Assembly (NCBI GenBank): GCA_017625065.1
Contig: JAGALS010000016.1
Location: 26,707-90,706 of the forward strand
Source of the DNA: Clostridia bacterium
GTDB taxonomy: Bacteria > Bacillota > Clostridia > Oscillospirales > CAG-272
Reading direction: 5' to 3'
Length of the DNA stretch: 64,000 nt
Below, in pieces: positions 46,879 through 56,407 of the stretch. The notes beneath the pieces were generated by a model. The model was not told the DNA's origin. It saw only the letters and a program-made list of their open reading frames with translations, and did no database searches. The translations under genes and the position numbers were made by a program. Within the stretch, counting starts at the first letter, position 1, and the number at the start of each line of letters is the position of its first letter.

Positions 46879-49674
46879 ATGGCAAAAGATTACAGTGCAT
46901 CCCTTAACCTTCCGAACACGACCTTTGCGATGCGTGCGGAGCTGCCCAAGCGCGAGCCGCAGACCATTGAATACTGGAAGGAGATCGATCTTTACGGCAT
47001 GATGCAGAAAAACGGAGAGGGCAAGCCCTACTTCGTGCTGCACGACGGCCCCCCCTTCTCCAACGGCAACATCCATATGGGACACGCCTTGAATAAGATC
47101 CTGAAGGATTTTATCAACAAGTCCCGTAATATGATGGGCTACAAGGTGCCTTACATCCCCGGCTGGGATAACCACGGTATGCCGATCGAGAGCGCGATCA
47201 TCAAAAAGAACAAGATCGACCGCAAGCGTATGTCGATCCCCGAGTTCCGCAGCGCCTGCCAGCGCTTCGCGCAAAATTTTGTTGACACGCAAATGGAGCA
47301 GTTCAAGCGCCTTGGCATTTCGGGCGATTGGGATCATCCCTATACCACCATGGCGCCCGAATTTGAAGCGCGCGAGGTGCGCGTGTTCGGCGATATGTAC
47401 CGCAAGGGCTACATCTATAAGGGCCTCAAGCCCGTTTATTGGTGCCCCAAGGACGAAACGGCGCTGGCTGAGGCGGAGATCGAGTATCGCACCGATCCCT
47501 GTACCTCTATCTACGTCAAGTTCCGTGTGGCAGACGACAAGGGTAAGCTCGCAGGAGTCTGTGATCTTGCCAACACCTATTTCGTGATCTGGACGACGAC
47601 CACCTGGACGTTGCCCGGCAATATTGCCATCGCCCTCAACCCCGTTGAGGAGTACGTTGTGGTCAAGGCTGGCGGTGAGAATTATATCGTCGCAAAGGCG
47701 CTGATGGACAAGACCATGCAGGCAGGCGGCATTTCGGAGTACGAGGTCATTGCCACCTTCCGCGGCGCTGAGCTTGAGTATATGAGCGCACAGCACCCCT
47801 TCCTTGACCGCCTTTCCACCGTTGTCAACGCCGATTACGTCACGATGGACAGCGGTACAGGCTGCGTACACACCGCACCCGGCTTTGGCGCGGATGACTA
47901 TCAGACCTGCCGCCGTTATAATATTGATGTGTTCGTTCCCGTGGACGACCGCGGCTATCAGACTGCCGAGGCGGGCAAGTTCGCGGGTATGCGCTATGAC
48001 GAAAGTAACGTCGCCATCCTTGCCGACCTGAAGGAAAGCGGCGCGCTGTTTGCAAGCGAGGATATCGAGCACGAATATCCCCACTGCTGGCGCTGCAAGT
48101 CTCCCATCATCTTCCGCGCGACCCCTCAGTGGTTCTGCTCGGTCGATGCCTTCAAGGAGGAGGCGGCTGCCGCTTGTGACAAGGTACAATGGCTGCCCGC
48201 ATGGGGCGGTGAGCGTATGGTGCAGATGGTGCGCGAGCGCGCCGATTGGTGCATCTCCCGTCAGCGCCATTGGGGTCTGCCCATCCCCGTGTTCTACTGC
48301 GAGGATTGCGGCAAGCCCGTATGCGACGATACGACGATCGATGCCGTATCCAAGCTCTTTGCAAAGAATGGCTCCAATGCCTGGTATGAGGTTGAGGCGG
48401 CTGATATCCTGCCCAAAGACTATGCTTGCCCCCATTGCGGCGGCAAGACCTTCACCAAGGAGACCAATACCCTTGACGGTTGGTTTGACTCGGGCTCCAC
48501 GCACTTCAGCGTGCTTGGTGACAAGGAATGGCCTGCCGACGTCTATCTTGAGGGCGCCGATCAGTACCGTGGCTGGTTCCAGTCCTCGCTGCTGACCGCA
48601 GTTGGCTCTACGGGCAAGGCACAGGCACCCTTCAAGACGGTTCTCACGCACGGTTGGGTCGTCGACGGAGAGGGTCGCGCGATGCACAAATCGCTTGGCA
48701 ACGGTGTCGATCCCTTGGAAATGATTCAAAAGTACGGTGCCGATCTGCTTCGTTTGTGGGTCGCATCCAGCGACTATCACGTCGACGTGCGCGCATCGGA
48801 TGCTATCTTCAAGCAGCTCTCGGATGCTTACCGCAAGATCCGTAATACCGCCCGCTTCCTGCTGGCGGACCTTTACGATTTCAACCCCGATACCGATGCA
48901 CTGCCTTTCGATGAGCTTTACGAGATCGACAAGTGGATCGTCGCGGGTATGAACGATTTGATCAAAACAGCTTGGGAGGGCTATGAGAATTACGAATTCC
49001 ATACCATCTATCACGCGCTGTGCAACTTCTGCACCGTGGATCTGTCCAAGCTCTATATCGACATCACCAAGGACCGCGTTTATGCCGAAGCACCCGACTC
49101 CAAGGCGCGTCGCTCGGCGCAGACCGCGATGTACCATATCGTCAGCGCGATGACGCGTATGATGGCACCGATGCTGTCCTTTACCGCCGAAGAGATCTGG
49201 CAGGCAATGCCCCACAAGGCGGGAGACGTGAAGGAAAGCGTCTTCCTCAACGATATTCCGCGGTACGATGAAAAGCTCACCTTCTCTGAGGAGACCGCAC
49301 GTTGGAATCAGCTCCTTGAGCTGCGCGAGTCTGTGATGAAGTCGCTTGAGCTTGCCCGTGCCGAGAAGCGCATCGGCAAGTCGCTTGACGCGAAGGTCAC
49401 GGTCTATGCACCCGATGCAGCGACCTATGATCTGCTTGCATCCTTCAAGGACGAGCTGCCCACCGTCTTTATTGTGTCGCAGGTCGAGCTGATCAAGGCT
49501 GCCGCACCTGAGGGAACCATCATTGACGAGGGTCCCATCGGTGTCGTTGTCGAGGCCGCTGACGGCAAAAAGTGCGACCGTTGCTGGAATTTCACAACAA
49601 ATGGCACGGACGATGGCGAGGATGGATGTCTTTGCCCCCGTTGTAAGACCGTTCTTGGACTGATCAAGAAATAA
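46879..49674 (+). CDS. ileS: isoleucine--tRNA ligase (type 1)
   Basis: HDGPP, HMGH, WTTT.WT, WCISRQR, AMHKS (KMSKS variant), C-terminal zinc finger. Confidence 0.97.
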   Translation: MAKDYSASLNLPNTTFAMRAELPKREPQTIEYWKEIDLYGMMQKNGEGKPYFVLHDGPPFSNGNIHMGHALNKILKDFINKSRNMMGYKVPYIPGWDNHGMPIESAIIKKNKIDRKRMSIPEFRSACQRFAQNFVDTQMEQFKRLGISGDWDHPYTTMAPEFEAREVRVFGDMYRKGYIYKGLKPVYWCPKDETALAEAEIEYRTDPCTSIYVKFRVADDKGKLAGVCDLANTYFVIWTTTTWTLPGNIAIALNPVEEYVVVKAGGENYIVAKALMDKTMQAGGISEYEVIATFRGAELEYMSAQHPFLDRLSTVVNADYVTMDSGTGCVHTAPGFGADDYQTCRRYNIDVFVPVDDRGYQTAEAGKFAGMRYDESNVAILADLKESGALFASEDIEHEYPHCWRCKSPIIFRATPQWFCSVDAFKEEAAAACDKVQWLPAWGGERMVQMVRERADWCISRQRHWGLPIPVFYCEDCGKPVCDDTTIDAVSKLFAKNGSNAWYEVEAADILPKDYACPHCGGKTFTKETNTLDGWFDSGSTHFSVLGDKEWPADVYLEGADQYRGWFQSSLLTAVGSTGKAQAPFKTVLTHGWVVDGEGRAMHKSLGNGVDPLEMIQKYGADLLRLWVASSDYHVDVRASDAIFKQLSDAYRKIRNTARFLLADLYDFNPDTDALPFDELYEIDKWIVAGMNDLIKTAWEGYENYEFHTIYHALCNFCTVDLSKLYIDITKDRVYAEAPDSKARRSAQTAMYHIVSAMTRMMAPMLSFTAEEIWQAMPHKAGDVKESVFLNDIPRYDEKLTFSEETARWNQLLELRESVMKSLELARAEKRIGKSLDAKVTVYAPDAATYDLLASFKDELPTVFIVSQVELIKAAAPEGTIIDEGPIGVVVEAADGKKCDRCWNFTTNGTDDGEDGCLCPRCKTVLGLIKK

Positions 49675-49745
49675 TACAATGCCGCAAGCGCCTGCCCAAG
49701 GGCGGCATTTGCGGCATTTATCATCTGTATCGAAAGGAGAGCAGC

Positions 49746-50264
49746 ATGTGGATGATACTTGTCGGCGCTCTGATCCTTGGCGTGATCGCGTTGGATCAGA
49801 TCAGCAAGGCGCTGGTGCTGAACTTTCTGTATGAGGGGCAGGTCGTCCTGATCTCCGGCGTGCTCAATTTTACCTACGTGGAAAACCGCGGTATGGCATT
49901 CGGATTGCTTTCCGATCACCGTTGGATTTTTATGGTGCTGTCGGTTTTGGGGATCACGTTGGTTGGCTTTTATCTGTACCGCTTTGTAAAATCTACCCTG
50001 GGGCGTGTATCGCTTGCTCTCATCATCGGTGGGGGCATCGGTAATATGATCGATCGCATTTCGCTTGGCTTTGTGGTGGATTTTATCGATTTTTGCCTGT
50101 TTGATTTTTGGGTCTGGGTGTTCAATGTTGCCGATGCCGCCGTTTGTGTGGGTGCGGCGCTCTTTGCGCTCGATCTGATCCTTGAAACGGTGAAGGATTA
50201 CAAAAAGTCCCATAACGGTAGCGAAAAAACGCAAAAAAGCGGTGAGGGAAAGAACGATGGCTGA
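49746..50264 (+). CDS. lspA: signal peptidase II
   Basis: DQ.SK, N.G.AFG, GN.IDR, VVDF, FNVAD. Confidence 0.95.
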   Translation: MWMILVGALILGVIALDQISKALVLNFLYEGQVVLISGVLNFTYVENRGMAFGLLSDHRWIFMVLSVLGITLVGFYLYRFVKSTLGRVSLALIIGGGIGNMIDRISLGFVVDFIDFCLFDFWVWVFNVADAAVCVGAALFALDLILETVKDYKKSHNGSEKTQKSGEGKNDG

Positions 50265-51204
50265 AAGCTTTGAGATGACGGTCGATGCCGCGCACAGCGG
50301 CGAGCGTCTGGATCGCTTTCTTGCGGATGCGCTCTCGGTCACACGCTCCGCCGTCGAGCGCTTGCTCGATGAAGGAGCCATCTGTGTCACGGGCGGCAGT
50401 GCTGTCAAAAACTATCGCTTAAAGGGCGGCGAAAATATCACCGTAGAGATCGCAGACCCCGTACCTGCCGAGGCACAGCCCGAAAATATCCCGCTTGATA
50501 TCGTGTACGAGGATGCGGATATCATCGTGATCAATAAACCGCAGGGGATGGTCGTTCATCCCGCCGCGGGCAACCCCTGCGGAACACTTGTCAATGCGCT
50601 GCTCTATCATTGCGGCGATTCGCTGTCGGGTGTTGGCGGTGTGGCGCGTCCGGGTATCGTTCATCGCATCGATAAGGACACCAGCGGATTGTTGGTGGTG
50701 GCAAAGAACGATGCGGCGCACAATGCGCTTGCCGAACAGCTGAAAACGCATACCGTCAGCAGGGTTTATCACGCGATTGCAATCGGAAACATCAAAACCG
50801 ACGAGGGTACTGTCAACAAAAAGATCGCCCGTCATCCCGTCGATCGTAAGCGTATGGCGATCACGGTCAAGGCAGGGGAAGGCAGAGAAGCGATCACGCA
50901 TTATCAAGTTTTGGAGCGCTTTGGCAGCTTCACACACGTGCAGTGTCGCTTGGAAACAGGGCGAACCCATCAGATCCGCGTACATCTTGCTTCACTTGGA
51001 CATCCCCTTTTGGGTGATCCCGTGTACGGCGGTGACGGTACGCGCTTTCAATCGCAGCACAAGTCACTTTTTGCAGGACAATGCCTTCACGCGGGCGAGC
51101 TTCGGCTGATCCATCCGCGAACGGGCAAGGAAATGCACTTTGAGGCGCCATTACCTCAAAATTTCGATACCGTGTTGGGGCTTTTGCGAAAGGAGAACGT
51201 ATGA
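50257..51204 (+). CDS. rluD: RluA/RluD-family pseudouridine synthase
   Basis: S4 domain, NKP.G.VVHP, HRIDKDTSG, TGRTHQIRVH; follows lspA. Confidence 0.9.
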   Translation: MAESFEMTVDAAHSGERLDRFLADALSVTRSAVERLLDEGAICVTGGSAVKNYRLKGGENITVEIADPVPAEAQPENIPLDIVYEDADIIVINKPQGMVVHPAAGNPCGTLVNALLYHCGDSLSGVGGVARPGIVHRIDKDTSGLLVVAKNDAAHNALAEQLKTHTVSRVYHAIAIGNIKTDEGTVNKKIARHPVDRKRMAITVKAGEGREAITHYQVLERFGSFTHVQCRLETGRTHQIRVHLASLGHPLLGDPVYGGDGTRFQSQHKSLFAGQCLHAGELRLIHPRTGKEMHFEAPLPQNFDTVLGLLRKENV

Positions 51205-51851
51205 AATACAGACTTGCGATGTTCGACCTGGACGGTACGATCCTGAATACTTTAGAGGATCTGACCGATTCCGTGAACGCCGTTTTGCAAAAGCACGGAT
51301 TTCCCACGCACTCTCTTGATTCGATCTGCTCTTTTGTGGGAAACGGTATCTTTACTCTGATTCAAAAGGCGCTTCCTGCCAATACGGACGAGGAAAAGCT
51401 GAACGCCGTATTTGCGGATTTCAAGGTTTATTACGCCGCGCACTGCGCCGATAAGACAAAACCGTATGAGGGCATTGTCGATCTGCTTTCGGAGCTGCGC
51501 CGTGCGGGTGTTCTCACGGCGGTGGTCTCCAACAAAGCCGATTTTGCGGTGAAGGAGCTTGCCGACCGTTATTTCAACGGACTTTTTGACGTGGCGGTGG
51601 GAGAGCGGGAGGGTGTTCCCAGAAAGCCCGCCCCCGACAGTGTATTTGCGGTGATGCGCTCGCTTGGTTGCAGTGTAGAGGAGTCGGTCTATATCGGAGA
51701 TTCCGACGTGGACGTAGAAACCGCAAAAAACGCGAACGTAGACGGAATTTTTGTAAAATGGGGCTTCCGCTCGGCAAAAGTTTTACGCGCTTGCGGCGCC
51801 AAAATGCTTGTCAGCACACCCGATGAGATCGCCAAAATAATTTTAGAATGA
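51201..51851 (+). CDS. HAD-family hydrolase (phosphoglycolate phosphatase-like)
   Basis: FDLDGT, SNK, KP.P, GDS.VD. Confidence 0.9.
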   Translation: MKYRLAMFDLDGTILNTLEDLTDSVNAVLQKHGFPTHSLDSICSFVGNGIFTLIQKALPANTDEEKLNAVFADFKVYYAAHCADKTKPYEGIVDLLSELRRAGVLTAVVSNKADFAVKELADRYFNGLFDVAVGEREGVPRKPAPDSVFAVMRSLGCSVEESVYIGDSDVDVETAKNANVDGIFVKWGFRSAKVLRACGAKMLVSTPDEIAKIILE

Positions 51852-51912
51852 AGAAAGCCCCACGTAAGTTTACCGCACAAATGCGGAAACCGCGTAGGGC
51901 TTTTTATTTTTG

Positions 51913-52431
51913 TCAATTCACTTTTCTTGGCTGATCGAAGCAGGGCAGCACGCGCATCAAAAACTTTGTGCGCTCTGCCTGCGCGCCGCGGATCTCCACG
52001 GTGTAGTCCATTTCAAGCACACCCTCGCTCTCGATCGCGTTGCGCACCGATCTGGTGTAAACGCAGACCTCAAAGGGCATGATCTGGGTTTGATAGACAC
52101 ACAGATGTCGCTTGGCCTGCTCAAAGACCAACGCTGTTTTGACCGTGCCGTCGCGCAGCATCGAAAGCGTTTGCGGCTCGCTTTTGTAAAAGGAAACGGA
52201 GGTGGTCGACCCCTCCATACCTGTGAGCTCGCTTTCCTTGTAGCTGATGCAAACACGCGTACCGTCGTCGTGGTAACGTGCCTCAACGGTCATTTCCATA
52301 TGCTCGGCCTCGCCCTGAAACGAAGGGGGCGTGACAGCTTCGGGCGGCACCATTTCCATTGTATTGCCATAAAAAGATCCCTTGACCTCATAGCGGTCAG
52401 TGATGATCTGAACACGAACTTTTTTCAGCAT
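51913..52431 (-). CDS. DUF1934 (YwiB-like) beta-barrel protein
   Basis: ISY.ESELTGMEG, R.G.V...L.FE, Y.T. Confidence 0.78.
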   Translation of the reverse strand: MLKKVRVQIITDRYEVKGSFYGNTMEMVPPEAVTPPSFQGEAEHMEMTVEARYHDDGTRVCISYKESELTGMEGSTTSVSFYKSEPQTLSMLRDGTVKTALVFEQAKRHLCVYQTQIMPFEVCVYTRSVRNAIESEGVLEMDYTVEIRGAQAERTKFLMRVLPCFDQPRKVN

Positions 52432-52616
52432 AGTACACCTTTTATCATCATACATCATTGATGCTTCTATTATATCAGCACCGCGCAAAAAAAGCAAGAG
52501 CTTTTTCTGATGTGTAATACTTCAATTCCCTTGACAAGCACATCGAAAAAAGGTATAATATAATGTGTTACTGTTATCAATGAATTATAGATTGGATGAA
52601 ATAAGCGTTATCTGAA

Positions 52617-53744
52617 ATGAAGTATTTGTTTTTTGATATTGAATGCGCGAATTGCTATAACAATTGCGCCAAAATTTTCAGTCTTGGATACCTCATCACC
52701 GATGAGAAATTCAACGTCCTGCACGAAAAAGAGGATGTGCTGATCAACCCGCGTGACCGCTTCGATTGGTACGTGGCAAAAAAGATGATGGCATACCCTC
52801 GCGAGATCTTTAAAGATCAGCCCCCGTTCCCTGATTTTTACAACCGCTTCAAGGAAATGTTTGAGGATCCCGAAACCGTTGTCATCGGCTACGCCGTGAC
52901 CAATGACGTGCATTTCCTGCACGATGATTGCAAGCGCTATAATTTGCCTGTGTTTTCCTATCGCTTCTTTGACGTGCAGCAGCTTTACGCCCGTCAGCCC
53001 GTGAACAACACCGCGAAGAATCTGGAGGATTCGGTGCTTTCCTGGTACGGCGAGGAGCCCGAAAATATGCACCGCAGCGATGAGGATGCCTACAACACGA
53101 TGCGTATTATGAAGGCGATCGCCGCCTTCCACAACACCGATCTGCCGGGACTGCTTGAAATGTATCCCGACTGCGGCGGTGAAACGCACGACGGCATCAT
53201 CAACTACGCATGGAAGAAGCCCGAGGGTGAGAAAAAGAAGAAACGTCATCGCAGCAAGAAGGGCAAGAAGAAGGAAGAGGAAGCGATCCCCGAGACGGGC
53301 GACAACAATATGGAGCAGGGCTCGCACAATGCGGAGCTGTTCGTGCGGTTCTTGGAGAATGTCAAGCCGCGCAAAAAGATCCGCAAGCCGCCGTTGCTTT
53401 CGGGCCATACCGTTACGGTCAGCTTGAATTACCAGCGCTACCACTTCAATGAGATGCTGTACCTGGTGCAGATGATCGTGGACGCGGGCGGACATTACAC
53501 CCTTTGCACAAGAGATGCCGATACGCTTTATACATACGGCGACGAGGAAAACGATATCCGCTATTCGATCTTCAGCGAGCGCATTGCCGCGGGCGAGGAT
53601 CTGGATGTCCTTCCTTTAAAGGCACTGTTTGATATTTTGGAAACAAGTGAACTTAGGCTTTCCCGCAAACCCAAAAAGGATCTTTCGATGTTTGAGGAAG
53701 AGGAAGCGGACGAAGCAGAAGAAAACGAAGAGTTCCCCGTTTGA
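52617..53744 (+). CDS. DEDDh 3'-5' exonuclease with C-terminal extension
   Basis: FFDIEC, ND..FL, H.S.EDA..T; promoter TTGACA..TATAAT at 52531-52559. Confidence 0.8.
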   Translation: MKYLFFDIECANCYNNCAKIFSLGYLITDEKFNVLHEKEDVLINPRDRFDWYVAKKMMAYPREIFKDQPPFPDFYNRFKEMFEDPETVVIGYAVTNDVHFLHDDCKRYNLPVFSYRFFDVQQLYARQPVNNTAKNLEDSVLSWYGEEPENMHRSDEDAYNTMRIMKAIAAFHNTDLPGLLEMYPDCGGETHDGIINYAWKKPEGEKKKKRHRSKKGKKKEEEAIPETGDNNMEQGSHNAELFVRFLENVKPRKKIRKPPLLSGHTVTVSLNYQRYHFNEMLYLVQMIVDAGGHYTLCTRDADTLYTYGDEENDIRYSIFSERIAAGEDLDVLPLKALFDILETSELRLSRKPKKDLSMFEEEEADEAEENEEFPV

Positions 53745-53754
53745 CGAGAGGGGA

Positions 53755-53800
53755 TACCGCAAGAGGCGCGCCCATGGGCGCGCCTCTTGCGTTATTTTTT
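53755..53800. terminator. intrinsic terminator
   Basis: GCAAGAGGCGCGCCC-AT-GGGCGCGCCTCTTGC plus T-tract. Confidence 0.8.
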
Positions 53801-54206
53801 AAATACCCATGTGCACGTAGGGATTTGCCTGAACCTTTACAATGCGGGTTTGCAGATAAGCTTGTAATTTTTCGGGATATTTTATATAGGAGGTGGAAAC
53901 GTCCCAAACTCCTACGGCATCGACCTCGACCTCTCCGTAATCAAACAGAGACCCCCATATGGATTTTCTGACCGAAGTGGAGGTAACACCGTTAAAGGTC
54001 ATTGTTTTTGTGCTGGTGCTCAGCCAACCGCTTTTTACAACGATCTTGTCATCATAAAATTCCAAGAAATAGTGCTTTGCGGAAATGGTACGGAAAATTT
54101 GCACGATGATTGGAATGATTGTCCAAAAAAGAAGGACGGTGATAAGTGTGCTTAAAGGGCTCCAAGCAGCCCATGCACTTTTTTTAGCGACGTAATTGGG
54201 TTTCAT
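53799..54206 (-). CDS. bacterial PH-domain (bPH_2-like) membrane protein
   Basis: N-terminal TM, ...KSGWLS..., V.KS.WG.LFDYG.V. Confidence 0.72.
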   Translation of the reverse strand: MKPNYVAKKSAWAAWSPLSTLITVLLFWTIIPIIVQIFRTISAKHYFLEFYDDKIVVKSGWLSTSTKTMTFNGVTSTSVRKSIWGSLFDYGEVEVDAVGVWDVSTSYIKYPEKLQAYLQTRIVKVQANPYVHMGI

Positions 54207-54229
54207 AGAAAAGAATCTCCTTTTTAATG

Positions 54230-54287
54230 ATTGTATACCAATATATTGGTATACAATGAGTATACTGTAAAATTAGTGGTATGTCAA
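54230..54287. promoter_or_regulatory. 28-bp perfect palindrome plus leftward sigmaA promoter
   Basis: ATTGTATACCAATA/TATTGGTATACAAT 54230-54257; minus-strand TTGACA 54287-54282, 17 bp, TATACT 54264-54259. Confidence 0.78.
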
Positions 54288-54339
54288 GAGCTTTTTGAAA
54301 TTTTATGGTAAAGTGAAAGAAAAAAGGAAATTTTTTTCT

Positions 54340-54624
54340 ATGAATAGAATCAAAGATTTGCGTGAGGACAGAGATCTGCGACAAGTAGATGTGGCGGAAA
54401 GCGTAGGGATCGATCAGCGATCTCTTTCTAATTACGAAACGGGGAAGACCAATCCCGATAGCGAAACCGTGATCAAGCTGGCTCGCTTTTTTGGCGTCAG
54501 CTGTGACTATTTGCTTGGTGTCAGTGATAGCAATCTGACCGATCACCGTGCCATAGTGAAGGAGTTAAATGATATCAAGCGGCGCTTGGAGGAAATCCAA
54601 CGGTATCTGGGCGGCTTATCTTAA
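54340..54624 (+). CDS. XRE-family helix-turn-helix regulator
   Basis: RIKDLREDRDLRQ, SNYETG...P, VSCDYLLG. Confidence 0.9.
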   Translation: MNRIKDLREDRDLRQVDVAESVGIDQRSLSNYETGKTNPDSETVIKLARFFGVSCDYLLGVSDSNLTDHRAIVKELNDIKRRLEEIQRYLGGLS

Positions 54625-54665
54625 ACAAAAAGGGCGAGGAATTTTCCTCGCCTTTACTTGTATCA

Positions 54666-55145
54666 TTATTTATGATATTTTCCACCGTGGAGAATGGAAA
54701 GGCTGCGATAGACGGTCTCAAGCAGCAGCACGCGCATGAGCTGATGGGGGAAGGTGAGCGCAGAGACCGACAGCTTAAAATCGGCGGCGGCCTTGACACG
54801 CGGCGAAAGGCCGTGCGAGCTGCCGATGATCAGGCAGAGCTCGCCGCTATTTTGCATAACGGTATCAAGTTTTTGCGCCAACTGCTCGGAGGAAAGCTGT
54901 TTTCCTTCCACGCAAAGTGCCACCGTATAAGCGCGATTCGGGATCGCCGCAAGGATGGCATCAGCCTCTTTTTCCAGCACCGCTTCGATCTCGGTGGAGG
55001 TTGGCTGATCCGCGATGCGGCACTCTTTCAATTCAACAATATCGACCTTGGCGTAAGCGCCAAGGCGTTTTTCATATTCGGCGGCGGCAGCGCGCCAATA
55101 GGCTTCCTTCAGGTTGCCCGTTACGATCAATCGGATGCGTAGCAT
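54666..55145 (-). CDS. rlmH: 23S rRNA (pseudouridine1915-N3)-methyltransferase
   Basis: G.LKE.Y, EY.KRL, IGSSHGL, TFPHQL.R, YR, KYHK. Confidence 0.95.
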   Translation of the reverse strand: MLRIRLIVTGNLKEAYWRAAAAEYEKRLGAYAKVDIVELKECRIADQPTSTEIEAVLEKEADAILAAIPNRAYTVALCVEGKQLSSEQLAQKLDTVMQNSGELCLIIGSSHGLSPRVKAAADFKLSVSALTFPHQLMRVLLLETVYRSLSILHGGKYHK

Positions 55146-55153
55146 ATCTAACC

Positions 55154-55930
55154 TCACAGTTCTGTGATATCGGTGGGGGAAGCGGCGGCGATGTGCACGG
55201 AGGTGCCTGCCAGCGCGGCGCGCACCTCGCCAAGCGCTAATTCGGGGAGATTGTTGGTTTCGGAAAGGTGCGCCAGCAGTAAGCGCTTCATGCCGTTTGC
55301 CGCCAGACGGATCGAAAAAGCGGCGCAATCGGTGTTCGAAAGATGTCCGCGGCGCGAGGCAATGCGGCGCTTGAGATCGTGAGGGTACGGCCCCGTGATC
55401 AGCATCTCCTCGTCGTGATTGCACTCCAGAATGACCGCCTCGCATCCCATCAATCCCTCCTCAACGGCGGGGGTCACGATGCCAAGGTCGGTGGCATAAC
55501 CAATAACGTGCGGCTTTTCGCCGTTTAACGTGATGCGAAAGCCGACACTGCTCAGGCTATCGTGCGAGGTGGGGAAGGAGGAAAAGGTCATGCTTCCAAC
55601 CGTTTCGGTGAAAATTGGCGGATGCGAAACAAGCGCGGCGCGCAGATGCTCGCCCGCGCGGCTTGCAATCTTCTCGGCGGATGCGCCGACTGCGTGAACG
55701 GGAACGGGATGGTGCTTGACAAAGATGTCAAGGGCAGCGGTGTGATCGTGATGCTCGTGGGTAATGAAGATCGCCGAAAGCGCGTCGGGCGAAACGTTTG
55801 CCGAGACAAGCGCCGTGCAAAGCGCCCGTGCCGAGCGCCCCGCATCGATCAGGATCGCCGTGTCGCCAACGGTCAGCAAAGCGGCGTTGCCCGTGGAGCC
55901 GGAATAGAGCATTTTGAAAGAATAATTCAT
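55154..55930 (-). CDS. MBL-fold hydrolase (WalJ/YycJ-like)
   Basis: SGSTGN, THEHHDH, SHD, ECNHD, GHLSN, AHLS..NN. Confidence 0.88.
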   Translation of the reverse strand: MNYSFKMLYSGSTGNAALLTVGDTAILIDAGRSARALCTALVSANVSPDALSAIFITHEHHDHTAALDIFVKHHPVPVHAVGASAEKIASRAGEHLRAALVSHPPIFTETVGSMTFSSFPTSHDSLSSVGFRITLNGEKPHVIGYATDLGIVTPAVEEGLMGCEAVILECNHDEEMLITGPYPHDLKRRIASRRGHLSNTDCAAFSIRLAANGMKRLLLAHLSETNNLPELALGEVRAALAGTSVHIAAASPTDITEL

Positions 55931-55954
55931 ATAACGTATGTTGATTTCCTTGTT

Positions 55955-56347
55955 TTATTGCCTGAAAAACGGATCGATGAAAAACAGATCGACGGCATCG
56001 ATCAAAAAGGTGAAGAGTAGCGGAAAAATGATGGTCAGCATCCATTTGGAGCGCTGCAAGCGGCGCTCGCCGTCCGCAAGAAAGGCGACCTTTTGCTCGG
56101 CGCTCCATTCGGTGGGCAGCTGCTCGGGCGTCACACCCTTGCGATAGAGAAAACGATTGTAAATGAGATAAGCCAGCACAAATCCTAGCAGCAGCGCGAG
56201 ATAGGATACCATCACCACAAATGCAAAAAAGGTCTTGTCGGTCAGCTCCGCGTAGCTGAGCGGTATGCGGTAAATGAGTAAGGCAAGGATCGTATTGACG
56301 ATCAATAGGATCAGGTATCGCGTGTTTTGGGGAGATCTTTTCTTCAT
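55955..56347 (-). CDS. hypothetical three-TM membrane protein
   Basis: hydrophobic segments, SD AAAGG, co-oriented with neighbours. Confidence 0.65.
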   Translation of the reverse strand: MKKRSPQNTRYLILLIVNTILALLIYRIPLSYAELTDKTFFAFVVMVSYLALLLGFVLAYLIYNRFLYRKGVTPEQLPTEWSAEQKVAFLADGERRLQRSKWMLTIIFPLLFTFLIDAVDLFFIDPFFRQ

Positions 56348-56407
56348 TTGAAAACCTTTCTAAAACAGCGCGGAGCTTTCACGCACCGCGCTGTTTTGAT
56401 CAAACGG

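Noticed and set aside
46840-49215. 791-aa antisense ORF opposite ileS (and similar long antisense ORFs opposite argJ, recA, ffh and the ABC genes)
   Set aside because: Shadow frames caused by the codon bias of well-supported sense genes; no SD or recognisable motifs.
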